A stretch of DNA of 19,645 nt, from assembly GCA_040081625.1 (NCBI GenBank), contig JBEBGD010000102.1, positions 1 through 19,645 on the forward strand, read 5' to 3'. How positions within the stretch are numbered: position 1 is the first letter of the stretch; every line of letters starts with the position of its first letter. Both the position numbers and the translations under genes were made by a program. The notes under the pieces were generated by a model that had not been told where the DNA came from, searched no databases, and saw nothing but the letters and a program-made list of their open reading frames with translations. Shown piece after piece: positions 14,299-19,645 of this stretch. The stretch is from Chthoniobacteraceae bacterium (lineage in GTDB: Bacteria; Verrucomicrobiota; Verrucomicrobiia; Chthoniobacterales; Chthoniobacteraceae).

Positions 14299-15129
14299 CG
14301 GTTCGTTTTCCTCGGGCGCGAAAGTGAGCCGGCCGCGATGCTCGGCGACGTGCTCGATGCTTGGCGGAACCTCACCGAGGAATCGCGCCGCGTGCCGGGC
14401 GAAGCGCGCGGCGTCCCCGCTCGCGAGCACGCGCAGGCGGCCATCGCCCGACGGCGCGAACTCCGGATGCCGCGCGAGCCAGTCGGCGAAGCGCTGCGCC
14501 ACGAAAGCCGCCGGGTCGAGCACCTGCACGCCCGCCGGGACGCACTCCGAAAACACGCCCGCCAGCAACGGGTAGTGCGTGCAGCCGAGCACGAGCGTGT
14601 CGATCTCCGCGAGCGGTGCGACGTATCGCTGCACGGCGAGCCGCGCGATGTCGCTCTGCTCCCAGCCTTCCTCGACGATCGGCGCGAGCAGCGGCGCGGC
14701 GACTTCGCTCACGCGGACGGATGGCGCGAGCTTGTGGACCTCGGTGCTGAAGGTTCGCGACGCCACGGTGCGCGCGGTGCCGATGAAACCGATGTGTCCG
14801 CGGGTCTGCTTCACCGCCGTCTCCGCGGCGGGGATGGTGACGCCGAGCACGCGCCGTTCAGCCGAGCCGTAGCGCGCCTGCAAGTGCCGCAGCGCCACGC
14901 ACGAGACGGTGTGGCATCCGACGACCACGACGCGGCAGCCTTCGGCGAAAAGTCGCTCGACGCATTGCTCCGCGAAATCGAGCACTGTATCCAGGTCGCG
15001 GCCTCCATACGGTGCGCGGCCGCTGTCGCCGAGATACGTGAAGTCGGTCCGCGGCAATGCGCGGCGCAGTTCCCGCAGGACGCTCAGGCCACCGACGCCG
15101 CTATCGAAGACGCCGACGGGCGCACTCAC
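14275..15129 (-). CDS. murI: Glutamate racemase
   Basis: VGVFDSGVGGLSV, GD..RAPYG, first catalytic Cys in GCHTVS, second in LVLGCTHYPLL. GTG start 4 nt after the amidase stop. Confidence 0.92.
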   Translation of the reverse strand: MSAPVGVFDSGVGGLSVLRELRRALPRTDFTYLGDSGRAPYGGRDLDTVLDFAEQCVERLFAEGCRVVVVGCHTVSCVALRHLQARYGSAERRVLGVTIPAAETAVKQTRGHIGFIGTARTVASRTFSTEVHKLAPSVRVSEVAAPLLAPIVEEGWEQSDIARLAVQRYVAPLAEIDTLVLGCTHYPLLAGVFSECVPAGVQVLDPAAFVAQRFADWLARHPEFAPSGDGRLRVLASGDAARFARHAARFLGEVPPSIEHVAEHRGRLTFAPEENEPSGQFVRG

Positions 15130-15133
15130 GCCG

Positions 15134-16222
15134 TCAGTTCCGCGAGCTGGCGTTGGGGACGCTGGACTCGCTGCGCGGTCCGACGGCGTCCGAATTGATC
15201 CTCACCCGGGGCTGCCCGCCCACGTCCTGCGCGACGGCCTGCGTCTGGCCGATGGCGCGGCGGTAATTGCCCACCGCGGTGACGAGCGCTCCGGCCAGTT
15301 GCTGGCGATACTCGGGCGTGGCGATGATCTTCGCGTCGAAGCTGTGCGAGAGGAACCCGCCCTCGACCAGCACGGCGGGGATTTTCGTCTCGCGGATGAC
15401 GACGAACCGCGCGCGCTTGATCCCGCGATCGTAAAGCCGCGAACGCACGACCATCGCGGCGTGCATCGCCGTGGTAAGCGCCATGTTTTGAGCGTCGTTG
15501 ATGTTGCCATCCTGCATCACCAGGTCGCTCACCGACGGGCCGTCGGCCATCATCGAGGGCACGCCGCGCGGGGCGAGCGAGTAGGTCTCGATGCCGGTGC
15601 CGGCGCCGCCGGAGTTGAAATGGACGGAGATGAAGACGGCGTTCTTCTGCCGGTTGGCGATCGACGCGCGGTCGTAGAGCGGCACGAAGATGTCCGAGGA
15701 ACGCGTGAGCACGACGCGGTAGCCCTGAGACTCGAAAAGCTTCTTCGCCCGCTGCACCACGTCGAGGGAGAAGGTCTTCTCGTAGCCGTAGGGACTCCAC
15801 GCGCCCTTGTCGTGCCCGCCGTGGCCGGCATCGAGCACGATCGTGTTCACCTCGTCGGCTCCCTTGATCTTCGCGGGGCGCATCACGGGCTCGAGCAGCT
15901 TGGTGAGGTCCATTCGCGAGAGGCACAGGTTGCCGTCGGCTTCCCGGATCTCGTAGCTGAGGATGAATTTGATGGTGTTGATGAAGAACTCCTTCGAGTT
16001 CAGTTCCCCGCGCAGCGAACGTCCGCCGCCACGCACCTCGAACGTCTTGTCCCCGGTCCGGGCGAAGTCGCTCATCCCGTAAAACTCCGCCACGTTCTGC
16101 ATCGTCACGTAGTCGCGCCCGTCGATCTTGTAGAGGGTCCAGTCGCCGTCCTGCTTCGCTCCGAAGGCCGGCGCGAGCAGGCACAGGAAAAGCGCCGCGA
16201 CTGTGAAAATGTGCCTGAGCAT
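15134..16222 (-). CDS. N-acetylmuramoyl-L-alanine amidase (Amidase_3 family) with signal peptide
   Basis: IVLDAGHGGHDKGA, EK, VVLTRSSD.FVPL..R..IAN, FISVHFNS, GIETY, RGIK.A.F.VIR and PAVLVEGGFLS zinc-amidase motifs. Confidence 0.94.
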   Translation of the reverse strand: MLRHIFTVAALFLCLLAPAFGAKQDGDWTLYKIDGRDYVTMQNVAEFYGMSDFARTGDKTFEVRGGGRSLRGELNSKEFFINTIKFILSYEIREADGNLCLSRMDLTKLLEPVMRPAKIKGADEVNTIVLDAGHGGHDKGAWSPYGYEKTFSLDVVQRAKKLFESQGYRVVLTRSSDIFVPLYDRASIANRQKNAVFISVHFNSGGAGTGIETYSLAPRGVPSMMADGPSVSDLVMQDGNINDAQNMALTTAMHAAMVVRSRLYDRGIKRARFVVIRETKIPAVLVEGGFLSHSFDAKIIATPEYRQQLAGALVTAVGNYRRAIGQTQAVAQDVGGQPRVRINSDAVGPRSESSVPNASSRN

Positions 16223-16323
16223 GGAGGGCGGACGCTACCCAACAAGGGGAGAGTGTCGAGGGACGATTCCCCCGGCCCCTTCGTGATGACGCGGCTAATT
16301 TCCAGCCCGCGCCGGGCTTTTTA

Positions 16324-17601
16324 ATGGCCATGAAGATCTCCCGCCGATCCGCCCTCCAACGCACCGCCGTCCTCACTGCCGGCGCCGCCTTCTCCTCCGT
16401 GGCCAGCCTCCGCGCCGCGAATGCCGCCGGCCGCAAGCTGCGCGTCGCCGTGGTCGCGCTCGGCCGGGGCTACGCCCACATGAGCGCGTTGCTGGCGCTG
16501 CCGGATGTCGAGATCGCCTACCTGGCCGAGGTCGAACCGAAGCGGCTCGACCGGGGCCTGGCTGCGGTCGCTGCGAAACAGAAGGAGACCTGCGTGGGCA
16601 CGACCGACTTCCGCACCTTCCTCGCGGACAAGACGCTCGACGCCGTCTTCATCGCCACGCCGAACTTCTGGCACACCCCCGCCGCACTGCTCGCCATGCA
16701 GGCCGGCAAGCACGTCTATGTCGAGAAGCCCGGCAGTCAGAACCCGCACGAGGCAGAGATGATCGTGGCCGCTTCAAAAAAATACGGGCGGCTCGTCCAG
16801 ATGGGCAATCAACGCCGGACGTGGATGAAGGACGCGATCGACGCCCTCCACGGCGGCGCCATCGGCAAGGTGAACTTCGCGCGCTCCTACTACTACGCCG
16901 GACGCGGCGCCATCGGCCAGGGCTCGAACAAAGCCACCGGGGAAATCAACTGGGACATCTGGCAGGGCCCGGTGCCCGACGAGCGCGACATGAAGCCCTA
17001 CGTCCACTACGACTGGCACTGGCTCTGGCACTGGGGCAATGGCGAGATGGGCAACAACGCCATCCACACCCTCGACATCCTGCGCTGGGGGCTGAAGGTC
17101 GAGTTTCCCCAACGGATCACCTACACCGGCGGCCGCTACTGGCACGACGACAAGCAGGAGACGCCCGACACCGGCACCGCGGTCTTCGACTTCGGCAAAG
17201 TCGGCATGGAATGGGTCCAAAGCAGCTCCCACCCGCGCGCAGCCGAGAAGCCGCCCGCCGAATGCGTCTTCTACGGCGAAGGCGGCACCTTCGCCGCGAG
17301 CAGCAACAACTGGACGGTCTATGACGGCAAAGGCACCAAGGTCAGCGAAGGTAAAGGCAAAGGCGGCGGCGACGCCGCGCACATGGGCAACTTCCTCGAC
17401 GGCATCCGCGGCACCGCGAAGCTCAACAGCCCGATCGAGGAAGGCCAGAAGAGCACCATGCTCTGCCACCTGGCTAACATCGCCTACCGCACGAATACCG
17501 TCGTGAATTGCGACCCGAAGACCGGCAAACTGATAGACAACCCCGCCGGCGAGAAGCTCTGGAAGCGCGAGTATCGCAAGGGCTGGGAACCGAAGGTGTG
17601 A
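16324..17601 (+). CDS. Tat-exported Gfo/Idh/MocA family oxidoreductase
   Basis: SRRSAL twin-arginine signal; LDAVFIATPNFWH, AGKHVYVEKP, QMGNQRR, WDIWQGP, GNGEMGNNAIHTLD and CHLANIAYR. The start may be ATG 16330. Confidence 0.93.
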   Translation: MAMKISRRSALQRTAVLTAGAAFSSVASLRAANAAGRKLRVAVVALGRGYAHMSALLALPDVEIAYLAEVEPKRLDRGLAAVAAKQKETCVGTTDFRTFLADKTLDAVFIATPNFWHTPAALLAMQAGKHVYVEKPGSQNPHEAEMIVAASKKYGRLVQMGNQRRTWMKDAIDALHGGAIGKVNFARSYYYAGRGAIGQGSNKATGEINWDIWQGPVPDERDMKPYVHYDWHWLWHWGNGEMGNNAIHTLDILRWGLKVEFPQRITYTGGRYWHDDKQETPDTGTAVFDFGKVGMEWVQSSSHPRAAEKPPAECVFYGEGGTFAASSNNWTVYDGKGTKVSEGKGKGGGDAAHMGNFLDGIRGTAKLNSPIEEGQKSTMLCHLANIAYRTNTVVNCDPKTGKLIDNPAGEKLWKREYRKGWEPKV

Positions 17602-17615
17602 CGCGCCCCTGCGGT

Positions 17616-19208
17616 TCAGCGCTGCGAGTGAACCGCGAATGACGGCGGGATCACCAGCCGCAGTGCGATCGAGTCGGCGAAGTGGCCGCTGATCTTTTCT
17701 GCGGGATTGCTCCGTGCCGCGGCGATGCTTACGAGAAGATAATCCGCGCCCGCCGGGACCTCGAAGCGCACTTCATCCCGCTCCCACGTCGCCGGGTCCT
17801 CGTCGGTCGTGATCGTGTCCTGCGAATACGCGAGCGCCAGCTCGGGCCGATGCCCCCACCACTGCGTTTTCACGTCCTCGGGGCTGCCTTTATACGCCGC
17901 GAGCACGACCACGAATTGATCCGCCTCGAGCTCGCCGCCGACGCGGTTGAAGAATGCGGATAGCTCGGCGGTGACGCCGTTCGCTATCGCTTCCTTGTAG
18001 GGCGCGAGGTCCACGAACTGCCACTGCTCGGAAGCGGTCCAGACATCGGTCTCCGTGCGATCCACGGCGCCTTCGCCCGTCTGCAGGAAAGCGAGCATCC
18101 GGCTGCCATCGCGCGGCCGGACTCCGAGGTGCGGCCCGATGATGCTGCACGAATCGCCGCTCCACACCGCCGGCACGATCGGCATCCCGTCGGTGCCCAC
18201 AGTCGCCAGTTTCTCAAACCCGCCCTCGACCAGCGGCTCCGCGACGATCTTGCCGGGCTGCGGGAACTCGCGCACTTCGCTCGTGACCGGCGCGAGCGCG
18301 GCGGTCTGCGGATCGAGCCGCACGGCCATGTCCCGCTTGAGCGGCTTCATCGCGCTGCGGAACCGCGCCTCGGGCGTCACGTCCACGAGGCCCTCGAAAA
18401 CGTGCGTCTCGACGACTCCCGCCGGCGACGCCTTCACACCGAACCGCGTCCCGCGATCGACGATCCTGCCCGCCGTCGTATCGATCGTGAACCCGATCGC
18501 GCTCGCCGGCACATGCGCGGAGACCTTCCCGCGGTGCAGGATGACATGCCCCGCGTCGGCGAGGTCGATTCGGGCCGGACCCTCCGCGACCAGTGTCGTG
18601 CCATTGCTGAATGCGAGTTCGACGACGCCCGAATCGAGCACGAGTGACTCGCGATGCAGTTCGTCGCCCCACCGCAACGGCCGCTGCCGGGCACCCCAGC
18701 GCGCGCCGTAATCGTCGCGGACTTTCGCCACGACGATGTCGGGTTGCGTCGTCGTGACGACCGTCGGCTGGCGATTCAGCCACGCAGGTCCATACACGAT
18801 CACGAGCACGATCGCCGCGACCGCCGCGCCGACGGAACTCAGCGCCTGCGCGGTCGTCCACCACGAGCCGCGCGGCTTCTTCATCACCTGCACCGCCGGG
18901 GTCGCCCGCACCGCCTGCTGCCGGCGCACCGGCTCCGGCGTCTTCTTGAAGAGCGGCTTCTGCACCGTCTCCGCGAGCACTTGATCGACTGCCTCGGCAG
19001 CGGAAAGCCCGCGCACACTCGCGAGGATCGCCGCTTCCACTCCCTCGCTGCCCTTGAGCAGCGAACCCAGCGCGAGGTCCATCTGCCGCTGGCTCACGAC
19101 CTCCGCCGCGCCCTCGGGCTCTGAGAGGATGCGCTCCTCAAAAGCGGCAAGCTCCGCACCCGACATCACTCCCCCGAGATAGTCTGAGATCTCCTGCTCA
19201 GACGGCAT
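17616..19208 (-). CDS. FecR-domain anti-sigma factor with TM helix and C-terminal extracytoplasmic sensor-like domain
   Basis: N-terminal anti-sigma helix (ISDYLGG.MS..E...FEE.I), TM segment VGAAVAAIVLVIVY, and FecR motifs LDSGVVELAFSNG...EGPA...GFTIDT..G.IVDRGTRFGV...HVFEGLV. Overlaps the sigma gene stop by 11 nt. Confidence 0.9.
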   Translation of the reverse strand: MPSEQEISDYLGGVMSGAELAAFEERILSEPEGAAEVVSQRQMDLALGSLLKGSEGVEAAILASVRGLSAAEAVDQVLAETVQKPLFKKTPEPVRRQQAVRATPAVQVMKKPRGSWWTTAQALSSVGAAVAAIVLVIVYGPAWLNRQPTVVTTTQPDIVVAKVRDDYGARWGARQRPLRWGDELHRESLVLDSGVVELAFSNGTTLVAEGPARIDLADAGHVILHRGKVSAHVPASAIGFTIDTTAGRIVDRGTRFGVKASPAGVVETHVFEGLVDVTPEARFRSAMKPLKRDMAVRLDPQTAALAPVTSEVREFPQPGKIVAEPLVEGGFEKLATVGTDGMPIVPAVWSGDSCSIIGPHLGVRPRDGSRMLAFLQTGEGAVDRTETDVWTASEQWQFVDLAPYKEAIANGVTAELSAFFNRVGGELEADQFVVVLAAYKGSPEDVKTQWWGHRPELALAYSQDTITTDEDPATWERDEVRFEVPAGADYLLVSIAAARSNPAEKISGHFADSIALRLVIPPSFAVHSQR

Positions 19209-19645
19209 GGGCGCTGGCGGTTAGTTTGGTTTCGATGCAATCGCGCAGTTGCTTGCGGATGCGGAAGAGCGTGACCCGGACCCATTCGGGGCTGCGATCG
19301 AAGCTCGCGGCGAGTTCATCGTTCGAGCGCCCGCAACGATAGCGTTCGTCCACGAGCCGCCGGATATTCTCGGGCAACTGCCCGAGGCATTCCTCGAGGA
19401 AGATCGCCTCGTCACGATCCGCGGTCCGCTCCGCGCGCTGCGTAAACGCGGTCAGTTGCGCCTGCTCAAAGCGAGAGAGGTTCACCTGCTCCCGCGCAAA
19501 CCGGAGCAACTCCTTGCGCACGAGATTCCACGCGATCGCGCGGAGCCACGGGCGAAGCGGCTGCGTCGCGTCGAAGCGCGCGATCTCGCGGAACGCGAAG
19601 ACGAACGTCTCGTGCGTGATCTCATCGATCAGGTGCGCCACCGGC
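19198..19645 (-). CDS. ECF sigma-70 factor (Rhodopirellula/Verrucomicrobium type), 5' end outside the window
   Basis: Region 2 DEITHETFVFAF....FD......WLRAIAWN and region 4 CLGQLP...R.LV..RY....S..ELA......EWVRVTLFRIRKQLRDCIE; directly upstream of the FecR gene. Confidence 0.92.
   Translation of the reverse strand, partial: PVAHLIDEITHETFVFAFREIARFDATQPLRPWLRAIAWNLVRKELLRFAREQVNLSRFEQAQLTAFTQRAERTADRDEAIFLEECLGQLPENIRRLVDERYRCGRSNDELAASFDRSPEWVRVTLFRIRKQLRDCIETKLTASAHAV

Noticed and set aside
16255..16300. Fluoride riboswitch (TGATGAC resemblance)
   Set aside because: The 5' GGNGATGG...CC pseudoknot elements are absent and the downstream gene is not fluoride-related.

Overview
GC-rich bacterial chromosomal window. 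Its gene content (PVC-type dehydrogenase, prepilin-type protein ending in DGHV, DUF5069, Rhodopirellula/Verrucomicrobium-type ECF sigma with FecR) points to Verrucomicrobia or another PVC-superphylum organism; this is an inference. Left to right: a >1,231-aa membrane protein on the minus strand that the ORF track misses and that looks internally duplicated; tRNA-Ser(GGA); a coupled pair of an STN-like membrane protein and a pseudopilin; an FmdB zinc-ribbon gene; a 166-bp convergent intergenic region with a terminator and a possible sRNA; a hypothetical gene divergent from rlmN; a minus-strand run of PVC dehydrogenase, DUF5069, MDR oxidoreductase and TIGR02466-type oxygenase; hisA coupled to a split larC whose two halves are in the same frame and separated by a single TGA; amidase and murI; a Tat-exported Gfo/Idh/MocA oxidoreductase; and an ECF sigma/FecR pair running off the right end. 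I saw no mobile element or CRISPR array. The best leads are the duplicated giant membrane protein with an internal signal-peptide-like segment, the in-frame split larC, and the candidate sRNA. All family calls come from motif recognition by eye, not database searches.
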